Of a stretch of DNA of 64,000 bases, positions 8,770 to 18,465 are shown one piece after another. A program made the position numbers and the translations under genes. This stretch comes from a virus. Below the pieces are notes generated by a model, which was not told where the DNA came from, searched no databases, and saw only the letters and a list, made by a program, of their open reading frames with translations. Location of the stretch: IMG/VR virus record IMGVR_UViG_3300045988_159943, positions 96,309-160,308 of that record. One strand, 5' to 3'. Every line of letters begins with the position of its first letter. Positions within the stretch are counted from its first letter, which is position 1.

Positions 8770-9219
8770 ATGAAATCTATTCTCTTAGCCCTTGCACTAC
8801 TCTCTAGCGTCGGGGGGCAAATCGCCAGTCCTATGGCCCTTATCAACCACTTCGAGAACGACAACATTGCCGTGATTGAAGTATATGACCATGGGCAAAT
8901 CTATGAGGGCGCTGTGCCCCTCGACCAAATGCCGGGGAGAATCTTAAGCATTGGAACAAACATCCCTGTCCATTCCATCGCTGCCCAATGCACAACTCCC
9001 GTTTTTGACATAGACGGAAACATCTACTTCCGCTTTGACGGAAACGAGGAAACCTGGACACTTTCTGATGATGAATTGGGAATCATCCCGGAAAAGGGAA
9101 TGTATTATACCCTGTACGTCTCAGACAACGGAACCACATCTTGCACCCACGGAAATGATTGCGAATGTTATATCTATGACGACTTCTTTATCTGCCTAGG
9201 GGACGCAATCCCTTGGTAA
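8770..9219 (+). CDS. secreted hypothetical protein (149 aa; signal peptide MKSILLALALLSSVGG)
   Basis: ORF track; RBS GAAAGGATG...; N-terminal hydrophobic signal-like segment. Confidence 0.55.
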   Translation: MKSILLALALLSSVGGQIASPMALINHFENDNIAVIEVYDHGQIYEGAVPLDQMPGRILSIGTNIPVHSIAAQCTTPVFDIDGNIYFRFDGNEETWTLSDDELGIIPEKGMYYTLYVSDNGTTSCTHGNDCECYIYDDFFICLGDAIPW

Positions 9220-9302
9220 ATAGCATTGCTAGAGTCCACAAGGGAAACTTTGTGGGCTTTATGGAGTGTTATCCACCAAGACAACCGAAAGGAGAATAAT
9301 CT

Positions 9303-9584
9303 ATGAACGAAATCTATCGTGGTGCTTTGGTCTTTGCCAAGAAAGGGAATCTCAAGTCCTTCTATGAATCCAAACTCGTGAAGGCCGGCCCCTATGCCCT
9401 TGCGGAAAGGGAAATCCAGTGCGTCGTACTCTTTCGTTGGGACAAGAACAACCTTTTCTGTCGCATCAAGTGTCCTGAAAACCCTCTTCCCATCAAGGGA
9501 GAATTTCAGGCACCTTCCCTGAAAGTAATCGCGCAATGGTTCATTAATAATGAATGGAAGTTCAAGGCAAAAATCCCTCTCTGA
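9303..9584 (+). CDS. hypothetical protein (93 aa)
   Basis: ORF track; RBS AAAGGAGAATAATCTATG. Confidence 0.5.
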   Translation: MNEIYRGALVFAKKGNLKSFYESKLVKAGPYALAEREIQCVVLFRWDKNNLFCRIKCPENPLPIKGEFQAPSLKVIAQWFINNEWKFKAKIPL

Positions 9585-9835
9585 GTGTTGTTGCGTGTCT
9601 GCAAGTATCCCCCTGCTTGCAGGCACAACTAGAGCATTTAGAAAGGCAAATGTGGCAACGTAAATTTCCAAGAGAAATCTTTGGACGTTGTTTTTGGCCT
9701 AAGCCAATCAAATGCTTGACAACTGAATATGATGAACAAGTAAGCAAAACCTAAACCAAAGGCCATAAGGCAAGGTTGATTTGTGGCCTTTAGTGAAGGC
9801 TTCGCGCCAAATTTATAACAGAAAGGAAAATCGCT

Positions 9836-10075
9836 ATGTTCGGAAATGATCCTAGCACCGCTATCACCACCATCGTCGCAGACACTAACGGAAACCACTG
9901 GTATGTAGATTCTCGACTTACCTTTGACCATGGCCTTGAAACCATGGTTTTCCCTTGTGACAGCAACGGAAACGTGACCTCTTGGATTGATCGCTACGCC
10001 GAGTGGCACAATGATGTCAATCAGATGCGTGAGCGTCATACAGAAATCGTTTCCCACATCGAAAAGTACATCTAA
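9836..10075 (+). CDS. hypothetical protein (79 aa)
   Basis: ORF track; RBS GAAAGGAAAATCGCTATG. Confidence 0.5.
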   Translation: MFGNDPSTAITTIVADTNGNHWYVDSRLTFDHGLETMVFPCDSNGNVTSWIDRYAEWHNDVNQMRERHTEIVSHIEKYI

Positions 10076-10092
10076 GCGAAAGGAGTATCGCA

Positions 10093-10386
10093 ATGAACCT
10101 CTACTATAAGCTCAAGACTGGTCTTTGGACTCGTCGTTACAATCTCGAGAGTGCATTTGAGATTTGCACGGGAAAGAGATACTACGGCAACGAAAGGGAA
10201 TTTCTGCGCTGGTTGCACTCTCTTCTCGGAAAAAGCATCATTGCTGCCAAGAGAAGCGATGATCCCACTTTGGTGGACGAGCTTCTTGCAAACGGCCAGA
10301 ATGTTTTGGCTTGCGCAGCCTACCGTGATTGCCGCGGCTGCACTCTCACAGAAGCAAAGAAGGCGATTGAAAACAGAAAGGAGTAA
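10093..10386 (+). CDS. hypothetical protein (97 aa)
   Basis: ORF track; RBS AAAGGAGTATCGCAATG. Confidence 0.5.
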   Translation: MNLYYKLKTGLWTRRYNLESAFEICTGKRYYGNEREFLRWLHSLLGKSIIAAKRSDDPTLVDELLANGQNVLACAAYRDCRGCTLTEAKKAIENRKE

Positions 10387-10511
10387 GGCAAATGGAAATC
10401 ATCCTTGGATTATTCATCTCGGCAATCATCATCTACATCTGTGACTAAGCATCCCAACACCAACCAAAGACAAAATAAGCCACAAAACGTGGCAGAAAAG
10501 GAGATATTACT

Positions 10512-10976
10512 ATGAATACCAACATCATGACTATCGGGAGCATCGCCAACATCATTGCTTATGGAAACCACAACAACAGTCACTGCAAGGCAGTTCTTGC
10601 AGTAGAACCTCGGCTTGCTTTCACCTCTATGACTGATTTGGCCGAGCATTTTGGAGTGGCCCAGGGTAATGTATCTTTTGCCGTCAAGACTGGTGGTACC
10701 ATCAAGGGAGTTCACGTTGTGCTCCTCTCCGACACCAACAAGGCAATGGAAATCATTATGGCCCAGGCTCACAAGGAACGTGAAGCCCAGGAAGAAGCCC
10801 GTCGCAAGGAAGAGAGACGGCTGGCTAAGATTGAGAAGGAAAAGCAGAAGCGTAATGCTCTCATCGCTCGTACCAAGGAGCGTATCGAAAAGCATGAAGC
10901 TAAGGTAACAAAGGAAACTGAAATCATTGCCTCCCTCAAGGAAGAACTGGCCAAGCTCGAAAGCGAAGCTAAATAA
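10512..10976 (+). CDS. hypothetical protein with KE-rich coiled-coil C-terminus (154 aa)
   Basis: ORF track; RBS AAAGGAGATATTACTATG. Minus-strand ORF 10410..11048 is spurious. Confidence 0.55.
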   Translation: MNTNIMTIGSIANIIAYGNHNNSHCKAVLAVEPRLAFTSMTDLAEHFGVAQGNVSFAVKTGGTIKGVHVVLLSDTNKAMEIIMAQAHKEREAQEEARRKEERRLAKIEKEKQKRNALIARTKERIEKHEAKVTKETEIIASLKEELAKLESEAK

Positions 10977-10998
10977 CAACTGAAAGGAGATAAAACCT

Positions 10999-11109
10999 AT
11001 GAAAACAGCATTCAAAATCCTTCTGCACCTGTTCCTGACCATTGCCACCTACGGAGTTTGGTTGATTATCCTTCTCATTTGGTTCTTGGTCAAGGGAATC
11101 GAAAAGTAA
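10999..11109 (+). CDS. small membrane protein (36 aa)
   Basis: Hand-translated MKTAFKILLHLFLTIATYGVWLIILLIWFLVKGIEK; RBS AAAGGAGATAAAACCTATG. Confidence 0.35.
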   Translation: MKTAFKILLHLFLTIATYGVWLIILLIWFLVKGIEK

Positions 11110-11203
11110 TTTTAGCGCTGTTTGGGAGCACAGAGTTCTTTCCCCCTGCTCTGTGCTCCTTAGAGAGTGCTAAACTCAATAAGCCCAAAAGGAGCAAGAC
11201 AAA

Positions 11204-11338
11204 ATGGAAAATATTTATCCGTGTGATGAACTTGGCATCTGTCCCTTCAACGCAGAAGGAGGCAATGATTGCTACAACTATTGCGGGCTTGGAGCAGACG
11301 AAAGCAAACCTGAAAATTATTCCGAAGAGGAGTAAATT
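11204..11338 (+). CDS. small Cys-rich protein (44 aa)
   Basis: Hand-translated MENIYPCDELGICPFNAEGGNDCYNYCG...; RBS AAAGGAGCAAGACAAAATG. Confidence 0.3.
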
Positions 11339-11368
11339 ATGCTATAATATTCAAAGGGGTGATGCTTT

Positions 11369-11599
11369 ATGGATACAGACATAAAGGAAACGCTTGATAC
11401 AATCTTACAAACAATGTCAAGCATGGACAAAAAGCTCGACGCAAAGTTCGGAGCAATGGAAACAAAAATAAGCTCAATGGAATCCAAAATTAACGCAATG
11501 GCAGAAGATGTTCATGACACAAAGCTAACCGTAGATGTTATCTCTGCGGTACTAGAACGACAAGGCAAAGACATAAGCAAACTCAAAATTATAAAATAG
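11369..11599 (+). CDS. hypothetical coiled-coil protein (76 aa)
   Basis: ORF track. Confidence 0.45.
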   Translation: MDTDIKETLDTILQTMSSMDKKLDAKFGAMETKISSMESKINAMAEDVHDTKLTVDVISAVLERQGKDISKLKIIK

Positions 11600-11609
11600 C
11601 CTTTTAAGG

Positions 11610-11640
11610 GAACCGTGTAAATCATGGTTCTCTTTTTTGT
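11610..11640 (+). terminator. intrinsic terminator (gaaccgtg-taaat-catggttc + TCTTTTTTGT)
   Basis: 8-bp stem with one G-U pair, 5-nt loop, T-run; closes the GC-rich cassette. Confidence 0.65.
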
Positions 11641-11741
11641 TTGCAGAAAAGGAGTTAATCATGAACAATACAACACAGGAATATCAAACTTGGGATCACA
11701 CCTTCAGCGCCCAATTGAGAGAAGGTAAGAGGTAAAATAAA

Positions 11742-11912
11742 ATGGGAATCGTGCTAATCGTAATCGGAATCATTTGGATAATTGGAAGCCTTGTTACGAA
11801 ACCAAACAACCTTGCCGCTGCATTTTTATTCAAGGTAATTCCATTTATAACCGCAGCTATCGTTACAATCATTGGCTTCTACTACTCTGGAATCATCACA
11901 ATTTCTATCTGA
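11742..11912 (+). CDS. small membrane protein (56 aa)
   Basis: Hand-translated MGIVLIVIGIIWIIGSLVTKPNNLAAAFLFKVIPFITAAIV...; RBS-like AAGAGG upstream; preceded by a 24-aa ORF at 11661. Confidence 0.4.
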   Translation: MGIVLIVIGIIWIIGSLVTKPNNLAAAFLFKVIPFITAAIVTIIGFYYSGIITISI

Positions 11913-11984
11913 GGTATAGCACTAAAAGAAAATAAAGGGGGTGGTGACATATGATTTAATTTAATTCAACACAATCAACCACCG

Positions 11985-12001
11985 ACAGTACAAAATTATT
12001 G
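11985..12001 (+). promoter_or_regulatory. conserved leader motif ACAGTACAAAATTATTG
   Basis: Exact 17-mer, 31 nt upstream of ATG 12033. Confidence 0.5.
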
Positions 12002-12032
12002 AAATGCGAAACGCATAGAAAGGAAAATTGTT

Positions 12033-13598
12033 ATGGACGCTATCTTAACTAATATCGTTGACGAATTCTGCAACGAACTCTCTGAACGCAACTACCCTTA
12101 CACCCGTCTCGCAGTTGAACACATCATCAACGAATGGTACAAGGCAAAGAAGCCGCTCATTGACTTGCTTTCCAAGCATCCTAACTGGAACCCTGAAAAG
12201 TTCATGATTCAGTTTGACTCTGATTTTAGCCGCAAGCCTGACACAAGTACGGCATGTAATTTTCTTAACTGGTTGGACAGAAATACTAACATTCAAGACA
12301 TTGTTACGAAAAGTGATGAATACTACTACGACAGAATTTTAGTCGATGACATGGACCGTTGTATGGTGCATACAACTTATCTCCAAGAAGAAGACATTTC
12401 TTACATTGAACTCATTAACAACCTTGATGAATCCTTCCGTTTCCGTCCCGGCATGAAGGTAACCAAAGTCATGCGTAAAATCTGTGAGCATTATGGTTGG
12501 ACTAAAATCATGGGCACCGAGTATAACAGACATGGAGAACAGGTTGAATTCAACGCTTTTGAGCGTGAATATGCAAAGTACTGTGATGCAATGTCTCCTC
12601 TTAAGGTAACTCGACATACCTGTATCAGTCTTAATCCTCTGGATTATCTCCTGATGTCCAACGGAAACAGTTGGCGCAGCTGTCATTACATTGATTACTT
12701 CGACGATCATCCTGGTGAATATTCTTCTGGAACTATTAGCTATATGCTTGATGAAACTTCTATCGTATTCTACACTGTAAACGCTTCCTATGATGGAGAC
12801 AATATTGAGCTTACTGAGAAAACACAGCGCCAGATCTTTGGATATAATGATTGCCAGATCATGCAGTCTAGAATGTATCCTCAGAACAATGATTACAATG
12901 CCAAAAACATCTATGAAGACTTCCGAAATATCATGCAAAAGGTAATTGCAGACTGTCTTGAAAAGCCTAACCTGTGGGTGCGTCGCAAAAAGCATCTTAA
13001 TGTAGTGCATGGATGTGGTGCAACCTGCTATCCTGACTGGGAGTACAATGATTTGTGCAGCACCTCTGTACTTAAAGAGAAATCTGGACTGGATTTAGTA
13101 TCCATTGTCTTGGGTACAACTCCTATTTGTGTCGAATGTGGAAAGACACACAATAAGGAAGGCAATATTAACTGTTGTCGTGATGGATACTGTTGTGAAG
13201 ATTGTGGTTGTTACATCTCTGAAGATGATGTAATTTGGGTTGGAGATTATCCTTATTGTAGAGATTGTGTGTCTTGGTGTGATTGTTGTCAGGAATGGAC
13301 AAGAGACGAAATGTACTACATCGAAAGTGAAGACAGATCGGTGTGTGAATATTGCTTGAATGAATATTATGCCTACTGTGCACACTGTTACACTTATCAC
13401 AACATGGATGAGACATTCTACGACGAAGACCGTAGTGAATATTTTTGCCCGGATTGCTTCGAAGAACTCTATACAGAATGTGAAAACTGTGGACGGATTG
13501 TGCGCAGAAAAGACTTAAACGAAGTCCATAAAGCCAATGGAGATGTAGTATTCATTTGTGACGAATGTTACGCAGAGGAGGATGAAGATAATGAGTAA
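12033..13598 (+). CDS. hypothetical protein with C-terminal array of CxxC zinc-ribbon motifs (521 aa)
   Basis: ORF track; RBS GAAAGGAAAATTGTTATG. C-terminal 170 aa carry >10 CxxC/CC pairs (CVECG, CEDCGC, CRDCVSWCDCC, CEYC, CAHC, CPDCF, CENCG, CDECY). Internal ORFs on both strands spurious. Confidence 0.6.
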   Translation: MDAILTNIVDEFCNELSERNYPYTRLAVEHIINEWYKAKKPLIDLLSKHPNWNPEKFMIQFDSDFSRKPDTSTACNFLNWLDRNTNIQDIVTKSDEYYYDRILVDDMDRCMVHTTYLQEEDISYIELINNLDESFRFRPGMKVTKVMRKICEHYGWTKIMGTEYNRHGEQVEFNAFEREYAKYCDAMSPLKVTRHTCISLNPLDYLLMSNGNSWRSCHYIDYFDDHPGEYSSGTISYMLDETSIVFYTVNASYDGDNIELTEKTQRQIFGYNDCQIMQSRMYPQNNDYNAKNIYEDFRNIMQKVIADCLEKPNLWVRRKKHLNVVHGCGATCYPDWEYNDLCSTSVLKEKSGLDLVSIVLGTTPICVECGKTHNKEGNINCCRDGYCCEDCGCYISEDDVIWVGDYPYCRDCVSWCDCCQEWTRDEMYYIESEDRSVCEYCLNEYYAYCAHCYTYHNMDETFYDEDRSEYFCPDCFEELYTECENCGRIVRRKDLNEVHKANGDVVFICDECYAEEDEDNE

Positions 13599-14532
13599 CA
13601 AATATTTTGAAGATATCTGTAGACTTCCTCAAATGAATTTGAAAAAGAAACTACAGGAGCATTTAAAAACCCATTATCATGGTGTAACATCTGGGGATGG
13701 ATGGCTCTTTGCTCAGGGAACTTTCCCCGTGTGCCTTGTGGCCCACATGGATACTGTACATAAAGAAGCTCCGAAGCAGTTTGTGTATGAAAAAGGAAAG
13801 CTTTCTTCTCCTCAAGGCATTGGTGGAGATGATAGATGTGGAATCTATATAATCCTCAATATCATCAAAAGATATAACTGCTCTGTGCTTTTCTTGGAAG
13901 ACGAAGAGATTGGATGCGTCGGTGCAGAAAAGTTCATCAATCATCCCATTTCTGATGGGCTTAAGTTCAACTACATGATTGAACTTGACCGCAAAGGCAA
14001 AGATGATGCGGTGTTCTATGAATGCGACAATCCTGAATTTGAAGACTTCATCACAAAAGAAGGAGATTGGGTAACAAACTTTGGTTCTTTCTCTGATATT
14101 TGCACGATAGCTCCCGAAATTGGTTGCGCCGCAGTAAACCTTTCTTGTGGCTATTACAATGCACATACAACATCTGAATATGTTGTCCTTTCTGAAATGG
14201 AAAACTGCATCAAGAAAGTGTGTGCATTGCTTGAACGCACTGGCCCCGAAGATGCTTTTGAGTACATCGAAGCGGTGTATTCTGGAAGCTATTACGGCAG
14301 CTTGGGTGGCTGGAAGGGTTATGAGTTCGACTATGGTTATGGCTACAAAAGTACAGACGGAGAGCATTATTTCTGCATCGTGTATACAGAAAATGGAGAG
14401 GAAGATTACGCTGAATATTTTGCAAACAGCGACTTCGAGGCACTCGGAATGTTCTTCGTAGACCATCAGAATCTTACCTACAAAGATGTCGTTGCCATTG
14501 AAGATTATGGAGAAGATGCTTATAACATTTAA
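13581..14532 (+). CDS. clan MH (M20/M42-like) metallopeptidase-fold protein (317 aa)
   Basis: ORF 13558..14532 trimmed to ATG with GAGGAGGATGAAGATAATG RBS. Motifs LVAHMDTV, GGDDRCG, FLEDEEIGCVGA resemble M20 signatures. Overlapping minus ORF 13663..14466 spurious. Confidence 0.5.
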
Positions 14533-14553
14533 AGGAAAGGAAGAACAATAATT

Positions 14554-14838
14554 ATGATATTTATCGTTTTACTCATTCTCTTTCTTATCTTTATTGTGAT
14601 AAAGAATAACAATACTTATCAGCAACACATAATAATTGGCTGTGCAATTCATGATTATCATATGGATTGTATAGAAAATCATAATTATTCATATCTGGTC
14701 GATTACAACGACGAGGAAAGCTACGAAAAAACCCTCTTCCGTCTGTGGGACTGGGGCTACACCAGAATCCTTCCCAAAGACAAATTTGAAATCATTAAAC
14801 CGTATATTGATAGAAAGGAGCAAAATAACCATGACTGA
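14554..14838 (+). CDS. hypothetical protein with N-terminal TM helix (94 aa)
   Basis: ORF track; RBS AAAGGAAGAACAATAATTATG. Confidence 0.45.
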   Translation: MIFIVLLILFLIFIVIKNNNTYQQHIIIGCAIHDYHMDCIENHNYSYLVDYNDEESYEKTLFRLWDWGYTRILPKDKFEIIKPYIDRKEQNNHD

Positions 14839-15340
14839 ATATCAAAAGCAAACTCTTGCTTTTTTAGAAGCATGTAACGCAACTATGAACATTGAATTTT
14901 GGGGAGTAATGATTAATCAGAATTGGGATGACTACGCTAAACGCAACAGGTACCACTTCACTATTACAACTCCAAGAGGAACAATGTCTGGAGATTTTTG
15001 GGATAGCATTAAAAATACAGAAATCACTCTAATGACTGTTGAAGATTATGAAAGAAAAATACCAAACGATTTCTCTTATTTGCTTGGGAAATCTCGTGAA
15101 CAAATGCTTAATGCTATCAAAGCAACCACAAAGCCCACTGAATATGACATTCTTGCTTGTCTCATAAAATATGATCCCGGCACAATGAACGAATTTTTTG
15201 ATGAATTCGGTTATGAAATCCATAGTGGGGACGATCTGCTTAGATTTCTCAATACCTACAATGCAGCCGTAAAAGAATATCGTGATTTGTGCCGCATTTT
15301 TACAGAAGAGCAAATGGACATGCTTAGAAACATCCAGTAA
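14831..15340 (+). CDS. hypothetical protein (169 aa from MTEYQKQ)
   Basis: ORF 14786..15340 trimmed to ATG with AAGGAGCAAAATAACCATG RBS. Confidence 0.5.
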   Translation: MTEYQKQTLAFLEACNATMNIEFWGVMINQNWDDYAKRNRYHFTITTPRGTMSGDFWDSIKNTEITLMTVEDYERKIPNDFSYLLGKSREQMLNAIKATTKPTEYDILACLIKYDPGTMNEFFDEFGYEIHSGDDLLRFLNTYNAAVKEYRDLCRIFTEEQMDMLRNIQ

Positions 15341-15357
15341 AAAGAAAGGAAATAATT

Positions 15358-15702
15358 ATGCTTATTAAAATGATTGACGGTGGCCTCGTAGACTACGCTG
15401 ATGATTCTTATTTCTATAGCGGTTGTCCGACATGTGATTATGGAAGCCAGTATATCAATGAAGTTGATATTACGCTTACTCATTATACAATTCACTTTAA
15501 GACAAATCAGATGTACGATTATGTACTTTCTGAAGGTCAGATGGTGAAGTTGTTCCTGTCTGAAAACAACACAATTCAGGGAATGACTGAAAGCGAATTC
15601 ATTGACTGGTTCAAAAAGAAGCTGGTAGAAATTACTCATGATGAATTCCAGGAAGAAATCTGCGGTAGAAAAATCGAAGAATTTGTGGTAAAGGAGAATT
15701 AA
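15358..15702 (+). CDS. hypothetical protein (114 aa)
   Basis: ORF track; RBS AAAGGAAATAATTATG. Confidence 0.5.
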   Translation: MLIKMIDGGLVDYADDSYFYSGCPTCDYGSQYINEVDITLTHYTIHFKTNQMYDYVLSEGQMVKLFLSENNTIQGMTESEFIDWFKKKLVEITHDEFQEEICGRKIEEFVVKEN

Positions 15703-15704
15703 TC

Positions 15705-15926
15705 ATGGCAAGAATTTCTTATGAACGAGGCCTTAAATGCAAAAGATGTGGAAAGATCATTACCACAATCGACAGATTCTCATCTTTTGTGCTTTGCCAA
15801 GGTTGTGGCGCATATTTAGCTGAATTTGACCGCGAAAAGAAGGAAATAAACGTAGCTAATGATGCAAAGATTATCACAGTCAAGGTGACTCACAAACTGT
15901 TTCATGATATTTTTGAGGAGGTATAA
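15705..15926 (+). CDS. zinc-ribbon protein (73 aa; CKRCG...CQGCG)
   Basis: ORF track; RBS AAGGAGAATTAATCATG. Confidence 0.5.
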   Translation: MARISYERGLKCKRCGKIITTIDRFSSFVLCQGCGAYLAEFDREKKEINVANDAKIITVKVTHKLFHDIFEEV

Positions 15927-15928
15927 CT

Positions 15929-16483
15929 ATGGGACTTGATCAGTATATTTATCGAATCAGAAAGCCGAAGCTGGAAAACAGAGCGTACACAGCTGATGAA
16001 ATTGAAGAACTTCATTTAAGCAAGGCGCTTGCTAAAAATGTAGAAGCCAATAAGAGATTCTACGCCGCCCTTTTGCACTACGCCGTAAAGAGAGATTATA
16101 CCGCAGAATATTTCAATGTAGAAAAAATGATTACAGACTATAATTTACCTCAAGATTCCCACATCACTATGATTGGTGGTGGTTGTATTGGATTAACTGG
16201 ATATGACAAATATGGAAATCCTATTTGTCAAAAGATTTCCATCGAAGAGGTTGAGGCAAAATATATTGTTACCAAAACATATCCTGCATATTTCTGGGAA
16301 GAGGACGAGGTTGAGTATTGGCGTAAGAATTATGATTTGCAAGAATATATGTGCGCCGAGAACACTCAGTACGTTATGCTTGATGCAAATCTTATTACAA
16401 GGATTAATGAGAGATTTGGTTGCGCCATTCCTCTTGTAGAACCTAATGAGAATGAAGCGATGTTTTATTGGGAATGGTATTAA
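15929..16483 (+). CDS. hypothetical protein (184 aa)
   Basis: ORF track; RBS GAGGAGGTATAACTATG. Confidence 0.5.
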   Translation: MGLDQYIYRIRKPKLENRAYTADEIEELHLSKALAKNVEANKRFYAALLHYAVKRDYTAEYFNVEKMITDYNLPQDSHITMIGGGCIGLTGYDKYGNPICQKISIEEVEAKYIVTKTYPAYFWEEDEVEYWRKNYDLQEYMCAENTQYVMLDANLITRINERFGCAIPLVEPNENEAMFYWEWY

Positions 16484-16499
16484 CAGTACAAAATTATTG
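16483..16499 (+). promoter_or_regulatory. conserved leader motif ACAGTACAAAATTATTG
   Basis: Exact 17-mer overlapping stop of upstream gene; ATG 16526. Confidence 0.5.
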
Positions 16500-16525
16500 A
16501 AATTTAATAGAAAGGAAGATATAAT

Positions 16526-16783
16526 ATGTACAACAATGAAAAGGAAAAGAAATTAGTCGAGTATATCACAGACAATTTAAACTCTGGCGTAAGCTTAAAA
16601 GAATTCTGCGAAGCCATGTCTCATGAGCATCGCACACTTCAAGGAGACTTTACAAACCTCTGTATTTGGTGGCTTGAAAAGTGCAGAGACATGTATGAAG
16701 AAGGCAACTATGATGGCAGAAATGTATATGGCTGCAAGGCAGGCAAAATTTTGATGGATTATTATGACAAGGGGGAATTTTAA
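16526..16783 (+). CDS. hypothetical protein (85 aa)
   Basis: ORF track; RBS GAAAGGAAGATATAATATG. Confidence 0.5.
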   Translation: MYNNEKEKKLVEYITDNLNSGVSLKEFCEAMSHEHRTLQGDFTNLCIWWLEKCRDMYEEGNYDGRNVYGCKAGKILMDYYDKGEF

Positions 16784-16785
16784 TA

Positions 16786-17108
16786 TGGCAAGAGATTTTG
16801 GTATTTATCCTGAAAACAGAGAACCCAAGTTATGGTGGGGCGCAAGAGCAATTATTACGCAGGGGTATGTTGACATTCCGTGGGACAGAAAGAATTTTGA
16901 CGGAGATAAGGATTCTCCTGAATTGGATGACTTCTTCTCTTGGATTAACAATGTAGCTATGCCTAAAGTAGAAGGCTGTGTTGAAACCAGAAAGTGGGGA
17001 TATGGAATTAAACTTAGTTTTAATTCCGAGGATGGTCGTTTCCATCTTGAAGCTGACACAAAAGAATCTGGAGGTTACTTGTATATTGGAGCTTGGACAA
17101 ATGATTAA
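16786..17108 (+). CDS. hypothetical protein (107 aa from MARDFGIY)
   Basis: ORF 16764..17108 trimmed to ATG after AAGGGGGAATTTTAATATG. Confidence 0.5.
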
Positions 17109-17129
17109 TAGCTGAAAGGAGTTCGATCT

Positions 17130-17474
17130 ATGCCTAATTTAGAAGATGCTCTCAAACTAATTTTGGAAATTAAACTTAGCTGGCTTGACGCGATTAATGA
17201 TCCAGGAACGGATATTATTGGTATAAAAAAAGACATTGAAATTCTTGATTTGGTAACTGATATTATTGTTTCCACAAAGGAATCTGAAGAAAGTAAAGGA
17301 GACCGTCTTGATAAACTGATTGATCATTTATATGAAGATAATGGAGGATATTCCCTTCATGCACTATCTAATATCCTCGTATGCCTCAATGTAATCGAAG
17401 AACATTGTAAATATCTTGGTTTTTATAACGAGATGGGGAAATGCAATGAACTTCAACATAAAATTCTTGGGTAA
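17130..17474 (+). CDS. hypothetical protein (114 aa)
   Basis: ORF track; RBS GAAAGGAGTTCGATCTATG. Confidence 0.5.
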   Translation: MPNLEDALKLILEIKLSWLDAINDPGTDIIGIKKDIEILDLVTDIIVSTKESEESKGDRLDKLIDHLYEDNGGYSLHALSNILVCLNVIEEHCKYLGFYNEMGKCNELQHKILG

Positions 17475-17489
17475 AGAAAGGAGATAGTT

Positions 17490-17759
17490 ATGAACTATAT
17501 CAACCGTAAAATGATTGAAGATGGATTAATGGCAAAAGTTATTATTCCAAAACTCGAAGACGATGGACTCAAGGCATACATCGGAGATTATTGGTTCTAC
17601 TTTGGCGGAACAGAATTTGAGTGTACAGACCCATCAACAATTCCTTTTGGTATTCTTGTAAATGAAATAAAAGAGTGCCTTGATGACTTTTATGAACATC
17701 CTGAAGTTTTTGAGGACGAGTATCAGTATTACTACTATTATTTGTGTGAGAATATTTAA
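17490..17759 (+). CDS. hypothetical protein (89 aa)
   Basis: ORF track; RBS GAAAGGAGATAGTTATG. Confidence 0.5.
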   Translation: MNYINRKMIEDGLMAKVIIPKLEDDGLKAYIGDYWFYFGGTEFECTDPSTIPFGILVNEIKECLDDFYEHPEVFEDEYQYYYYYLCENI

Positions 17760-17861
17760 CCATGAAACACATCAAAATTTTTATCTTAGCTATGGAATTC
17801 TATCGGTCAAGTGCAATCGGAAATTTCAAATATTGGTACAAGGTGGCCAGAGGTAACTATC

Positions 17862-18155
17862 ATGAGTAAAAATAAATTTGAATCCAGGCGTGTAAAAGTA
17901 ACTGACAACTGGTATCCGTGCTTTGAAGGAAACCAAATTGGCATTTCCATTCATTTAATTTACTATAGCCACAATAAAACCTACAACATACTTATTGTGG
18001 CCTACGGAGCAGATGATTTTGACGTAGAACTAAGACGTGTAACAAAGTCTTATGAAAAAGCATTGAGCATATATAAGAATTGGAAAAAACGCATTTTTAA
18101 CCGTGTGCCTGATGGCATTACTAAGCAATGGTTTTATGAGCGTGGGTTTAAGTGA
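17862..18155 (+). CDS. hypothetical protein (97 aa from MSKNKFESRR)
   Basis: ORF 17811..18155 trimmed to ATG after AAGGTGGCCAGAGGTAACTATCATG. Confidence 0.45.
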   Translation: MSKNKFESRRVKVTDNWYPCFEGNQIGISIHLIYYSHNKTYNILIVAYGADDFDVELRRVTKSYEKALSIYKNWKKRIFNRVPDGITKQWFYERGFK

Positions 18156-18176
18156 CTCAGAAAGGAGATAACAACT

Positions 18177-18428
18177 ATGAATAACAACATCAACTTCGAT
18201 TCTACTGACTGGAACTCTATCGCTGATACTATTGACAAGATCAACAAGACTGGAGAAATGCAAATTGGTACTACCTTCGATGGAGAGACTATTCTTTTTG
18301 ATGTCTACTGCGATAAGGATGGCAATGACCAACTGATGACTGAAGTCTTTCAAAAGAATGGTTGGATTCGTCTCAAGATCTATAATCCTCGTGAGTACAT
18401 TGTCGAGGAATTATATCATAGATGGTAA
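18177..18428 (+). CDS. hypothetical protein (83 aa)
   Basis: ORF track; RBS GAAAGGAGATAACAACTATG. Confidence 0.5.
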   Translation: MNNNINFDSTDWNSIADTIDKINKTGEMQIGTTFDGETILFDVYCDKDGNDQLMTEVFQKNGWIRLKIYNPREYIVEELYHRW

Positions 18429-18465
18429 GTAATAACAGTAACTATAAATTGAAAGGAGAATAAAT

